A stretch of 64,000 nt of DNA. Origin: Nageia nagi (lineage: Eukaryota > Plantae > Pinophyta). Location: contig JBITNC010000001.1 of NCBI GenBank assembly GCA_050084985.1, positions 152,272,001 to 152,336,000 on the forward strand. Reading direction: 5' to 3'. Position numbers and translations under genes: made by a program. The notes beneath the pieces are model-generated. The model did no database searches and was not told the DNA's origin. It saw only the letters and a list, made by a program, of their open reading frames with translations. Below are positions 51,701 through 64,000 of the stretch, piece after piece. The first letter of the stretch is position 1. Every line of letters begins with the position of its first letter.

Positions 51701-53560
51701 CTCATGGATTGATTGCGGGCATTGGGCATCCTATAGATTGGTCTAGTAGCCATTTTGATTCTATATGAGACTTTTAGGATGCATTTGCATCCCAGATGGA
51801 CTCTCAAACAACATTCTTAGAATGATTGGGGTGAAGCAGGGCTGTCCTCTCTCCAACTTTATTTAGCCTTTACATTGATGAGCCGAAGTCTGCTATTCTT
51901 GAGATCGACCTTGTGCTAGGTTGCCTTCTTCGTGGCAGTCAGGTGCCCATCCTACTCTTTGTTGATGATGTTGTGTTGATTTCCCACACAGTTGAGGGCC
52001 TCCAGGTCCTGATAGATACTTTAGATGCTTCTAGTGATAGATACGAGCTTACGGTAAAGCTTAGCAAGACTAAGGTAGTGGCTTTCAATATTTCAAAAGC
52101 CATACTAGATCAGACTTAGATCACTTTTCCTGACAATCCTATCAAGACTACTTCCTCATACACATATTTAGGGATTCTATTCTTAGGACCTAGGTTCTAT
52201 ATGCGGTCAACAACACCACCTAGAGTCTGTCGAGGTTATGCAACAATATCCATCTTGGAGAGACGGTGCATACGGTTACACTTTTAGGACGTCCTGTCCA
52301 AGCTAGAGTTGTTTAAGTCCCTAGTCACACCTATCGCTTTGTATGGGGTTGAGATTTGGGGTTCGAGCTTGACAACATCAGATTGGACCTTGATAGAAAG
52401 GATCTTGGTCACTTTCCTATCTCGTTTCATTTAGAGTAAGAGGACAGTTTCACAGCTTGTCATACTTGTGGAGTTCTGTTGCCAACGCTTCTGATATGGG
52501 CACTTGCTTCCATAGTCCTCTATCTCCATCGCCTTCAATGTCTATCTGCCCATGGGGGAGATATAGTTAGACTTTCGATGAGAGCTTTGGCTTCCTCAAT
52601 CGACCTCGTAGCGCAGGGTGGTTGTTGATGTTGGTTTGCTGAGATTTCCGAGATGCTTCAGAGATTCGTTTTTTCTCCGAATATATTACCTTTACCACCA
52701 AAGGAATCGTCTAGGACCTCATCTGACTCTCCGACTGCAATTCAGGAGATTATTTATAGGGCTTTCATTTAGTCCACTTGGGTGTCTCTCCCTTGACCAT
52801 TGACACCCAAGTTGGATCACTATGCTTGACACTATCTTTAGCTAGACAGGGGATTGATCCTCCCCTAGGTACACCAACTTCCATCATCCTCTGGGGTTGT
52901 GAATGTCCATTGGACAATTTTAAGTCTGCTCTCACCAGCTAAGGGTGGAGTCAGACCACCACATGGATTGAGATTTGTGAGTTTTCCGCTTGTGCTCCTT
53001 CAATGTTGTGTCCGAGGACCATTTTCATTTTTCGATGCTCAATCTATTATGAGATCAAAGGTTGATACCAATGCCTCTTTCAAGACTCTCATAGCTCGTT
53101 AGTTTCGTTCCTCTAGTATTTAGATCAGCATTGCTTGGCCCTTTATTTTTGACAGACTTTCTTGCTTTGGAGGTGCCTTTTGGCCTATGCTTAGCAACCG
53201 ATTGAGGTTTGACATATCAAATCCTTCTTTCGAGCTCCTCCTGTGGGGGCTCGTAGGAGACATCGAGATGAGCCTCCACAGCCACTACATCAGACCAAGA
53301 GACGTAGCCAGAGCTCCCAGGCTCCTTCAAGGATGTGATAGATCACATCCTTCTTCTCGACCATCAACAGTACCCCAAATGTACCTCTCAATGACCATTA
53401 GGACCCCTCCTCGAAGAAGAGAGTACCGCCATACTCTCTCTCTGGAGAGACCTAGGACAACCTCCCTTTGGATGTACCAGATTTGTATCTCCCTCCTCTT
53501 AGGGTGTGAACCTCTATGTGGTTATATATGATTATTTCATCTTTTTATGTTTTTAGGTTT
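48780..53560 (+). mobile_element. Decayed non-LTR retrotransposon (RTE/RTEX-like LINE): ORF1 end, APE, RT, C-terminal Zn-finger
   Basis: APE: ITIWKC, DLILFIETH, LLGDFN, SVVDYIL, ADHAYL. Linker YFDCEC. RT: QAGFRRDHRTIEHIFILRAII, CCFVDFIKAFNTVPR, GVKQGCPL, LLFVDDVVL, YTYLGI. Tail SAHQLRVE..EDHF...C..Y. Confidence 0.88.
50259..50952 (-). mobile_element. Solo LTR inserted into LINE ORF2
   Basis: TGATC...GATCA termini. The motif ctggttcacccaatgtgggcta is shared with the LTR-like sequences at ~24745 (rc) and ~63450. The LINE frame resumes either side; degenerate TSD TCGTG/TTGTC. Confidence 0.7.
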
Positions 53561-53599
53561 TTCTTTAGATTCTGCCCAGTTTGGGCTTTGCTGACTTCA

Positions 53600-54108
53600 T
53601 GAGTTGGATTGTACTTGATAGTCCCATTGATCCCTTGTGGTCACTTGAGGATATTAATATACTTTCGTTTCTTTATTTATTTTTCTTCACCTAGAGTTTT
53701 TACAACATGGATCTCCTATGGAGCTCTCTTCTACTCCATCATGGAGTTTTACATTTTGAGCTCTCAACACACTATGAAGTGTTCTTCCAAGGAGGCTTCT
53801 CTCACAAATATGAATCTCATGCACTATGGCATGGAATGCCTTCTCACTCTCCATAAGCCTCCTTTTACACTTTTTTCAAGGGCATATGAAAACAAAAACA
53901 ACGATTACAATGACATTTATGTTCATTTGGCATTTACCTCCTTTTCAAATGTTCTCCAACAATATTTGGTTTTCACCTCCAGCTGGTTTTATTAATCACC
54001 ATTGGTTTTATAACAATAGTTATATTCTCATTACTATTGTTAACTCTCCAAAATATCTAACAGTCAACATATAGTCTCAACAAACACTGAATAATCCAAA
54101 TACCAACA
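53600..54108 (-). mobile_element. LTR-like remnant
   Basis: Ends ...ACCAACA (rc TGTTGGT) with LTR-like composition; no partner LTR in the window. Confidence 0.3.
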
Positions 54109-56400
54109 AAAACCTTTTAATAAGTGGATGATATGAAAATCTCTCATGTGGCAGATTGTGGTGATGAGGTGACTAGTCATTCGTTCTATATTCCACGATG
54201 TTGACTATGCTGATGTCACTAGTCTCCATCTTGCGTTGGGGTCACTAACATCCGTGCGAACCTGCCATCCACATGCCGCCGATGATGATGCTTCACGTGT
54301 ACATGCTGTTCAAGTTTCAACACGTGCCACATGTCGTTCATGCTGTACATGGTGGTGAATTCTGTCATGTGGATGCTAAGCATTGAGTTTGTTGATGACT
54401 TTCTCTCTCATCATGCACTGCGCTGCTACGTCTTGGCTTATGTGGCTGCCAACTTGGCCAAGGGGCCCCACTAGATGGCAACCGACAAATATTTCATTTG
54501 CTTTTTCAAATATTAAATTTTGAAATTCTCTCCAAAACTTTGAAGGGCCATAACTCACAAAGTGGATGTTTGTTTTTGTCACTGTTCGAATCATTGGTAA
54601 GCTAGAAGAGAGGGCTTCAACATGGAGTAGAAAAACATGCCATTTAAGACATTTCAATTTTTGAGTATTTTTCAATCATCTCAATAATCCATTTCGGATC
54701 AATTTATGTACATAAAAGATAATTTTGAGAAAAACTCGATGTTCAATATGAAATGATTCAGCCTATTGCACAAAATCAGATACAAGAATGATACACCTAC
54801 AGTTGACATGGTGACTTATAACAAAGGTATATCATATCTGTTGTGTTTGCGTATACTTTCTAGAGTGTTGTTTATTACAGGAAAAGGATAGGGATCCACA
54901 CAACAATGTCTCTGTATAGAGATGTATAGCAGGGGAAGACATATGTGTCTCCATATAGAGGATAGTTGTGCTACAACAACATGGGGTGAGATTTTGTATC
55001 TCTGCTCATCAATATCAGTTCCATAATGCATATATATAAAGATTACAAAACATGTGTATTTGGCAACATTTAGGCTTCTATAAGCTAACAGTTAAACTGC
55101 CCAGTGGTTGGGTTTGTGGAATCTGAAGGTTGATTATTCAGGTGATGTTTCATTTGTCTGGTAATAGCTGGCAGCCGGAGGTAGTTGTTAAGTGATGTCA
55201 GTTTTTGTCAAGTGTTATGTGGCAAATGATAGTTGATTGTTGACAGTGCTGATTGGTGTTGGCATCACTGGGAATGGCAACTAGTATTAGCATTATAGAG
55301 GATGATGATCAATGAGAATTGTTGTTAGGTGATGAGTGATGACCAATGAGAGTTGTTGTCAAGATAATTTATGTCATTACGAGCAAGGGGCATGTGACTT
55401 CCAGTGATTGATGATAAATGACCTCCCAATGATGACAAGCTTATGCTTAGTGGACATGGCAATGGAGGTGGTCTATGAGAACAGTTGATGTCATCTTCAG
55501 TGACGTCAATGATGATATTAGACATCATTGCTGGCCACTAGCCATCATGGGGGGATGGTGTAAAACAATGGCAACCCGTGTATGAATATCAGTCATGTAC
55601 TTAATTGTACTATTTTGATCAGATTTTATTATGGCATTGCATTTTGCATTTGTTTTAAGAGAATTGTACCTTTTAATTGTTTGTTGCATGAGACTTGAGA
55701 TTATAGCAAAATGGTATATCTATTTGCATTCTATGTTCAAAAGACCATTTTCATGGCAAACATATTCTGTATGAGTTAAAAGATCTTGTTGCTACTATTT
55801 TTGTTCTTCATTGTTTTTTTTGTTGGGATGGTAAAAATGAGAGGAGTTTGTTCTTTTCAAGAGAACAAAATTTGCACCCTCGTAACATTGAAACATAAAG
55901 AGATTTTCTGTGGAAGGATTGGCCTTTAAGGTTTAGCTGTGATTAAGGTAAGTTACTATCTATAAACAGACAGAAAGAGAGAGTCTCCTCCTCCCTAACA
56001 TCCCCATGCTGTATCTATCCATACCAACATACATATATGCTCTGTGTGTGTAATCCTAATCTTAGCATGTATACTGAAGAATTAGTATATCTCATCATAT
56101 GTTACATTATATATCCTACTAGGTATTGATTTTCTCTTGATTTAACTTGTGGATGTCTGATTTTCTGTTTTTTCTAGTGATGAACATTTCTCTGTATTCA
56201 GATGAGGCTTCCTGGTACAACTTTCTTTTGCATGTAATGAGTATAATCAGGCGGATTATAATCCCTTTCTCAATTCTATGGTTAGCCTGTCAATTTAATC
56301 TTAATTTCCCAAAGAGTTAGCATTAGCAAAAAATCATATATTTGGTTAAGTCCTTGTAATATTTATAACCTATAATCTAAATTTGTTGCGTTTTCTGTAG

Positions 56401-56586
56401 TTTGCCAAAGAGAATCCACTTTTGTCTCTGCCTGCTCAAGTGAGGATAGAAAGCGTGAATGATATCACTGCAAATGGTATAAAGACAACACTTGTTCGTG
56501 CTATAAGATTTTATGCAAATATTCAAGCACACGATGGACACTGGCCTGGTGACTATGGTGGTCCTATGTTCCTTATGCCAGGTTTG
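56401..56586 (+). CDS. CAS1: OSC coding exon 2
   Basis: TAG|FAKENP...[30 protein letters not shown]|GTGAGT; 186 bp, phase 0. Confidence 0.96.
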
Positions 56587-57000
56587 GTGAGTAACCTTTG
56601 ACATTTTCATTGAGTATCTTGTTTTCCTCTATGTACATGGATGCACATACTTTTTTGCCTAGTTGAGTCTCATTGTCTTCATTTTGTAGCACATATATAG
56701 AATGGCTGACTACTTCTGAGTTACTATTTACATCAAGATTGGAGGGCCTAAGTACATGCTATTATTAACTTAGCTATTATTTTAGGGAAAATGATAGGAT
56801 GGATACTTCTAGGAACACTGTATTGTGAGAGTTATGCAAAATATCATTGGTTTATAATGCATATCTATCATCAATATATGAGACCTATAATGTCTTCATC
56901 TTTATCATCCAGTTTGCTTGTTCTCTGTAAGTTGGTTTCTTGTTTTAATATTATTTCATTTTTATGTGTTTCTAATGCGTTTTGGCATTGTATGGTTCAG

Positions 57001-57090
57001 GTTATAGTTTTGTATGTAACAGGAGCACTAAATGCTGTCTTATCAGAAGTGCATCAGAAGGAAATGTGTCGTTACTTATATAATCATCAA
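57001..57090 (+). CDS. CAS1: OSC coding exon 3
   Basis: CAG|[30 protein letters not shown]|GT; 90 bp. Confidence 0.96.
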
Positions 57091-57355
57091 GTATGCATAC
57101 TCATTACAGTCTGTGAGAGCATTGGCCTTTCTTATGTTGAATACTAAGCTTAGCAAACCAAATGGCTAGCTTTGCAATTTTGATGTCCTATATATAATAT
57201 AAAATAAGTATATTGCTCAAATGCTGTTTTTTTCTTTATGTACTATTTAATGTAATTATCAGTATTTTCCATCAAAGTACAGATAAAACATAAAATTTTT
57301 TGGGATTTGTTTTTTTGTATAAAAGGCATGGCTTCTTTTGGTTCGTATTATGTAG

Positions 57356-57553
57356 AATGAAGATGGAGGATGGGGATTACACATTGAAGGTCACAGCACA
57401 ATGTTCGGGACAGTACTAAACTACGTGACTCTGAGACTTCTTGGTCAAGGGCCTGATGGAGGAGAGAACGGAGCCATGGAAAAAGGGTGTACTTGGATTT
57501 TGGATCATGGGGGTGCTGCTTCAATACCTTCATGGGGAAAAATGTGGCTTTCA
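57356..57553 (+). CDS. CAS1: OSC coding exon 4
   Basis: TAG|[30 protein letters not shown]...[20 protein letters not shown]|GT; 198 bp; completes a QW motif (QNEDGGW). Confidence 0.96.
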
Positions 57554-57642
57554 GTATGTAGTTGCTTTACATGTTCATACTGGAATTTGTTTGAAAATAT
57601 CAAGTAATTGTGGAGCACTGACCCAATCACACATGAATGCAG

Positions 57643-57727
57643 GTGCTTGGAGTATTTGATTGGTCTGGGAACAATCCGTTACCCCCAGAGATCTGGCTTC
57701 TTCCTTATTTTCTTCCAATACATCCAG
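57643..57727 (+). CDS. CAS1: OSC coding exon 5 (gene continues beyond the window)
   Basis: CAG|[28 protein letters not shown](G)|GT; 85 bp, phase 1. Confidence 0.95.
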
Positions 57728-58886
57728 GTCATTATTTGAGCAGTTATCTTGAAATTATATCGTTTTGCATTTTGTGATAATGGGGTTTTCAACGTCTTCA
57801 ATTTTTTTTTTCAGAAAGCTAATAATATAAAATGCAATGAATGAAAAATGATGATACATAGTTTTAATTCATTGAGAACAGTGAGAAAATGAGTTATTAA
57901 TGGTTTTTATATTATTTTTTCTAAATATTTTGATTCTATTTATCTCAATGATGTAGGTAGTTGATTGCATTGCACATGCCATTATCCATCTATATTCACA
58001 CTGTTTTTTGTTGCCATTATAAATTTATGTATCATATTGTAGTGTAATGAGTTCCATATATTATTATGTAAGGAGTAATACATATTAAATTCTTGTTGTC
58101 AATGGTTACTATCAATCGTCATACCTGTACAATAATGAACTAATTATGCATTGAGGGCATATGCTAAGGATATGATATCATAATCTAGGAGTCATTGCTC
58201 TTGAATGAGTGCCTATGCATGTTCACGAAATGACTTATTATGATGTATAGATAATAGTCATTTGCATCTTTTTATGGATTTTTGTTCCAAGTGTGCAATA
58301 GATCATGATTAGTTTTGTTTATTTACTACAATGTTGTTATGCTTATGTGTCCATTTCATTGTACATAAATCATGTTCTACATTTTTGATTTCATTGCCAA
58401 AAGAATTTGTTGTTTTAGTTGGTGGATCTTAATGAGTATACGATTGTCAATGGAAATAGCACTCACATAAAGCATTGCACATGTTTTCTTGTTTGTGTGC
58501 ATTTTGAACATTCGTCATAGTGTAAGTTTGTTTTTCTATGACTCTATGCATGCTTATTCATTTGCATGTGCATGTCCATCCATCAATGGTGTTTCACATT
58601 CATCAAATAGTTTGTGCACTTGTAGTTGTCTGTGCATGCGTGAATGTAATATGTATCATTACATGTCCATTTGTTGGCATGCGTCTGCTCGTTCATCTTT
58701 ATTGTCTACATGATCATTTGCATATTGTTTGTCCACCTTTGTTCTTGAGAAAAAGGTGGTGGAAACCTTGTGAGGTGTTCAAAGAATCAACTATTGAAGA
58801 AGTGTGTTGAGTTATACATGTGGAGTGCTGTAGAAGCAACTTTGCTTAACGAAATTTCAACTTGGCACAAAACTCTTGTAGAGCAG

Positions 58887-61548
58887 TGTAATGACCCAAA
58901 CTAGGAAAAAGCATAAATTATCCTTTTAGCTTCAGAATTGCCAAATGATGCTCTAGTTTATGAATCCCAACTTCAAAACCAATTTCATCCATACACTTCC
59001 ATATACCAATTATTTCAGATTTAAACAAATCATGCCTTTATTTCAGATCTGAAACAAATACTGAAAATGTATGCACATGAGCCATAAAAAATCAGAATTG
59101 AGTATCAAGCAACTTCATCCACCATAACAAGTATGAATGTCAAGGGGTAAATAGGGCACCCTAGAAAGTGGGAAAACCACCTAGCGGCTGAAACAAGTGT
59201 AGGAAGATACTCAAAAATATGCCTTTGTCTCTCCTAACATTGGGCGAACTACTTGGAAGGCTGAAAAGTGATGGAAGATGCACCAAGATGCCCTTCTAAA
59301 GCTGGGCGCTCCACTCCAAGAGTCTCCAATCTACAATCTTGAATGCTGAAAGATCAATGAAGCTCTAGATGAATCCCTCCAATGATGACTTCGGGGTTTT
59401 TCGTCCCTAAGCCCTCCAAAGCCAAGGGGGTTTTCGTCCACAAGAGGAAGAAGAACTAGTTGTTCCAACCGCTCCTTGAAGAAGAAGAAGATTTGACGTC
59501 TAAACATCATTCTTGAAATGGGATGACCTATATTGGGATAAAAACATAATTATCATCATCATCATCATAGTCGACTCCATTTTTCTTTCTTGTAATTACA
59601 AAAATACAACTCCATGTGGGCATCCCAACTTGGGGTTGCCAAATACACATTATAACATCAAAATGACATGTGACGATGTCTCAAAAATATCAAGTACGAT
59701 CCTATTACACTAGAAATCACTCCTAACTATTGAAATCACACCTAGCTATCTCACAAAGAGGGCATCCCACTCCAAAAGGCCCAACAAAATGTTACAATGT
59801 AAGCAATGAGTGGGAACCTCAATTTTGGGTCATTACAATACCGGCCCTCCCAAATTGCTTGTCCTCAAGCAATGCCAACTCCATCTCATTGTAATTGATG
59901 ATATGAGGTCCCAAATCAACCTCAGAGAAGGCCCATCATGTGGACGTTGTGCTACTCTAACCATGAATCCATCATGCCAAAGGCGAACTCTTTCCTTCAT
60001 GACGGCAAGAACAATCAATGGTGCAAAAGATGAAGGATAAATCACCATGGGGACAGTCCCAAAGCTTGATTCGTCATGATGAAGTCCAAGAAGTAATGCT
60101 GCAATCATGAGTGATGAGAACCTCTTCCAAGATGGTTCCTCATGGCTGGCTAAAAATGTTTCCAACTCTCCCATGCAGTTACCAAGCTTCCGCCGAAGAA
60201 TGTTGCCGATGGGGCTTCATGGGTGACAAGGATAAACAAGGGTGCAAAGGGGGAAAGAAGAATCTCCAAGATGAAAGTCGCAATGCCCAATGCATCATGA
60301 TGAGGTCCAAGGAGTAATGCAGCAACAAAGAAGGGTGAAGGCTGCCTCCAAATGCTAGCCGAAAATGGCTCCCACTCTCTCCTTGTGTGCAAATTCCCAC
60401 TTGCTACAATCTTGCTGAATGTTGAAGCTAATGAATTTCCATGGATGAGCACTCTCTCCTTGTGTGCAAATTCCCACTTGCTACAATCTTGCTGAATGTT
60501 GAAGCTAATGAATTTCCATGGATGAGCAAATTTTGTGGCCGTGTGAGCTCCCCAAAAGATTCCCAACATTGGCTGATCCTGGAATGGTGCAAAAGATGAG
60601 TTGGAGCAGGTCTGAGTTTGTTTCAAAATGCTGATCTTTATCCCTTTCCAGAGCTGCATATTGAAAGGGTTCAACAAGGGTTACCCATTCCACAAGACTG
60701 GGGCTGAAAAGACAGTGAAAACCTGATAAAAAGCAGGGAGACTGTTAAAAAATTAGAAATGAAATAATGCAAGGATGGGTCAAGATACTTCCTCATTCCT
60801 GAGTTTTGCTCCCCAATCTTTAGTGCATCAAAACCCAAAGTATCTCCCTTTCCAACAGCTGTCATAGTGCTATACATGGGGTTGAAAAGAGAAGGCAAAT
60901 CTAATTTTCAATAAGGGCTGTCACAAAAATCAGAAATGAAGCAAGGCAAAAGCTGAGTCAAGCCCTCCTTCACTCTTGGGTATTGTTTCCCAATGTTCAA
61001 CACTTCCCAATGCTCATTCTTCTCATCTCCCAAAGCTGTATATTGGGGAAGGGTAGCATCCACAAACTCTTCAATGGGGTTAAGAGAGGAAAACCATACG
61101 GTCTTCAAACAAGGGCTGTTGCAACTAAAAAGGGTCGTGGCATTCTTCCACCTGGTTGAACTCACAAGAATATACCCACAAGGCTGCCCACAATTGATGA
61201 TCAAACTGATATCCTAGGCTGCCACTCACATGTGTCCATGGCATAAAGTGCACAAGGGAATTTTTTGCTGTCCAATCCAATACTTGGCTCATTTTGGACT
61301 TGTCATTAGCCTTTTGGAACAAGACTGTATGCTGATAATCTCTTGGATGGCTTCCAACAATGTTCCTTTGGCTCAAAGACCCAAGAGTCTCTTCTTCAAG
61401 GCTGGTCTTGTCTTCATCTCCATACAAAAGTAATTTTGATGGTCTTCCCATAGCATGTCTCTCCAATGCAGCCCATAATTGATGTGCACATATCATAGAG
61501 TAAAGAAAGTTATGGGTTGCTGGCCTATCCCAAACTGTATGCATTTTG
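58887..61548 (-). mobile_element. Gypsy (chromovirus-like) element A: 3' LTR 58887-59837 plus decayed internal region
   Basis: The LTR has a perfect 14-bp terminal inverted repeat TGTAATGACCCAAA/TTTGGGTCATTACA. On the - strand it is preceded by gaggacaagcaatttgggagggccggtat (PPT region). No intact pol motifs. Confidence 0.75.
60373..60526. repeat. Perfect 77-bp tandem duplication
   Basis: CACTCTCTCCTTGTGTGCAAATTCCC...CCATGGATGAG at 60373 and 60450. Confidence 0.95.
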
Positions 61549-63282
61549 TGTAACGTCACTAAATTATTCTTATCCCAAAATTATTAATGAACAAGCAATA
61601 ATTCAGGAAATGATCAAGAATCAACAATTACACCACAAAAATATCCCACGTATAAGCCAAGGTGAGAGAAATGTCAACGTCTCAATATTAAGCATGAAAT
61701 GATCAAGATACAACCAAATAGGCCCAAAGCGTCTAGCTCAACGGAGCAAACCTAGTGCATGCACTCTCCAAATACTTTTGGAAGCTGACTTCACACTCTA
61801 GGGCCTTCAACCCCTAGGTTTAGTTGTAAGTCTAGATGGTCGAAGGGTTTTCGTCCTTAGCCAATAGCCTAGTGAGGGCTATGTCCCACTATGCTCTTCT
61901 CCACACTAGGTTTTCGTCCAACGAGAGACCCAAGAGATGGTGCTGCCACTCCGAAGATAGAAGATATCAAACAATGCTCAAGATCCCCCCAATGTTGCAC
62001 TAGCCAAATATATAAGAATCCCTCAAGGTTGGGCATCCACACACCCCTCAAGGAGACGTCATGCTTGGGCGTCCAAATTGTGCCTCGAAATCAATCAAAA
62101 TCATGCATTATGCCTTGGGATTCGTATCATCTCCTAATCTATACTTAGGAGGGAGATGTCCCACTTTGGAGCTCACAATTGGTCCATGGGACCCATATGT
62201 CTCCTATCCCAAGTTATAATGATGCCTAAGTACACATGCAACAAATAAATAAACACTCCTAACTACGAAAGTACTCCTAAAAGGGACAATTTATAAAAGT
62301 GGATGTTATGGTCCTCTCTTCCCGAATTGCTTGACCCCAATCAATGTTATATTGTTGCATACCATCAACTTTGCAAGGTGATGAAGTTTTGTCTTCAATA
62401 CTTCATTGGCAACATCAAGATCCATACATGTTGTGATTGTGTTCTGAAGTACCATCTTTAGCATGTCATCTTCGTTCATCATGTTCTTCATATGAGCATA
62501 TATGAAATCTACTAACTCATTATTCTTGAACTTGGCTTTGATGCAGTATTGATCACAATCTGAAAATGCAAGGGAAGTAATGACTTGAAAGATCCCTTAA
62601 TAATCTCAAGTGTAAATTACCCAAATAATTATCAAATAATAACAAACTACACCCTTAAATATGCCACGTCTGGACTAGGGCATCAAACACATGCAAAAAC
62701 AAGCCAGGAATGCTAACGATCCACTTAACAAGCAAGAATATCACCCAAATGCCCAATGTAATGCACAATGAGAAAAGATTGCACCAAACACACACAATTA
62801 TGAGACAAGAATGAGATCCAAGTATGCCACGGCTTCAATTAGCAACATAATGATGAGTACAATACTGAACTGGTCCAAGAGGGCTCAACGTTGGCCACCA
62901 AGGAGCCAACTAGGTCATACGGATATACAAATATGATCACTGCTGGAACAATGGATGGGAAAACTACACTCCCTCAAGATCTGAATCCTCCCGAGTCTCG
63001 GTACGCAATGATAGGGTCAACATTGCTTGTTGGAATTGTAATGGTACAATGTGGTCCTCATCGGGCACCTTCCAGGATGTGGTATCTTCTCGAGACCTTA
63101 TCTTTCTTATAGAGACCCATGAGAGCCCCGAACGAGCACTCCCTTGCATCACAGGTTTCTATTGGCTTTCGGCATTCAGATAGGACACTCGACGCACAGG
63201 AGGGGTTCGTGGTTCAAGAGGCGTAGCTTGCCTCATTGTTTTCGCATCTCCCTACTGTCAGCAAACCCCCACTCACGATTCA
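61549..63282 (-). mobile_element. Related Gypsy element B: 3' LTR 61549-62310 plus internal region, nested in or abutting element A
   Basis: TGTAACGTCACT...AGTGGATGTTATG termini. Shares GGTTTTCGTCC, GGGCATCC and CACTCCTAACTA motifs with LTR A, and has the same PPT-side flank (ccc.aattgcttg..c.caa.caatg). Confidence 0.65.
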
Positions 63283-64000
63283 TGTGGATCCTGATCCATA
63301 GCATATAAGATTAAAATTTCAATTTAACCTTTTCTTAGGATCAATTCACACTTAAAACAATTAAGTGCTTGTAAAGTAAAATCAAGATCAAATTTGTAAA
63401 CACAGAGAAGAGAAAAGCATTCACCATAAAAAGAGACAAGCAAAATTATCCTGGTTCACCCAGTGTGGGCTACATCCAGCTCAAAAGCTCTCTACTATCA
63501 GTGGGTGGAATCACTTTACAAGGCCTCCATGGTCCTTCAAAACCTCCTCTCACATTCACAACACACTCACAGCTCTGAAAATCACAACAAGAACTGAAAA
63601 CAACTTTCTTGAAATCCTCCTCTCCTCTCACGTCCAATTTGCTCCCCTTTTATACAATTTTGGGGGCTAAAATTGGAGAGTATTACAACTAGGAAATTTG
63701 ATACAAAACCTATTTTCAGATACCCATTAACCTCCTTGGTCTTCCTGTCAAATTTGGGCTCAAATGGTTGTAAAACTCTCCCCAAAATGAACTCTAAAAT
63801 CGAAATAATACGCTCACTAGATTGTTTCAGGCTTACAGAATTAACTCAGCCTAATAATAGGACCTTAGGCGAATTAAAATCACCATAAACCTTTGAAAAC
63901 ACCAAAAATACATTAAAAAAACCTAACATTGGGCGGGTGCACTATGGTGACGACACATGGCGCGCTTAGAGGAAGTCAACCTCCTGTTGACTGGCGGCTG
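63283..64000 (-). mobile_element. LTR-like sequence (Copia-type) running off the window end
   Basis: Starts TG and contains cctggttcacccagtgtgggctacatcc, shared with the solo LTR at 50259-50952. Confidence 0.55.

Noticed and set aside
54120-55600. GC-richer ATGTGG/TGTCA-rich segments, probably TE-derived
   Set aside because: No termini, TSD or coding motif could be identified, so no class was assigned.
63072-63112. RMWYLLETL after a CAG, resembling OSC exon 6 (GRMWCHCR)
   Set aside because: The similarity stops after three residues, a stop follows, and it lies inside a retroelement; the true exon 6 must be beyond the window.
1-64000. Triterpene biosynthetic gene cluster around the OSC
   Set aside because: No P450, UGT or other pathway gene is visible in the window; the PAT fragment is TE cargo unrelated to triterpene acylation.

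Overview
AT-rich land-plant genomic DNA, almost entirely nested transposable elements. The giant TE-filled introns and the retroelement accessory-ORF family suggest a large-genome plant such as a gymnosperm; this is an inference. The single host gene is the 5' part of a 2,3-oxidosqualene cyclase (cycloartenol synthase-like, + strand). It has a putative leader exon at ~28840-28981 and coding exons 29989-30186, 56401-56586, 57001-57090, 57356-57553 and 57643-57727, with a 26.2-kb first coding intron; the rest lies beyond the window. Upstream (1-28 kb) are a nest of one Ty1/Copia lineage (two full-length elements with LTRs and TSDs, one carrying a captured antisense PAT22-like S-acyltransferase fragment), a second decayed Copia and a hAT remnant. 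The giant intron holds two convergent DUF659-type hAT remnants, an L1 remnant, an RTE/RTEX-like LINE split by a solo LTR, a MITE and a Gypsy-type element. The most notable structure is a 5.4-kb TG...CA unit (39900-45305) that looks like a solo LTR. It contains an array of ten 46-bp palindromes with fixed-length variable spacers, a CCAAT/TATA promoter and a decayed ~1000-codon ORF of unknown function. A diverged homolog of that ORF sits in the LTR position of the element it inserted into. All alignments and identities were done by eye and need computational confirmation.
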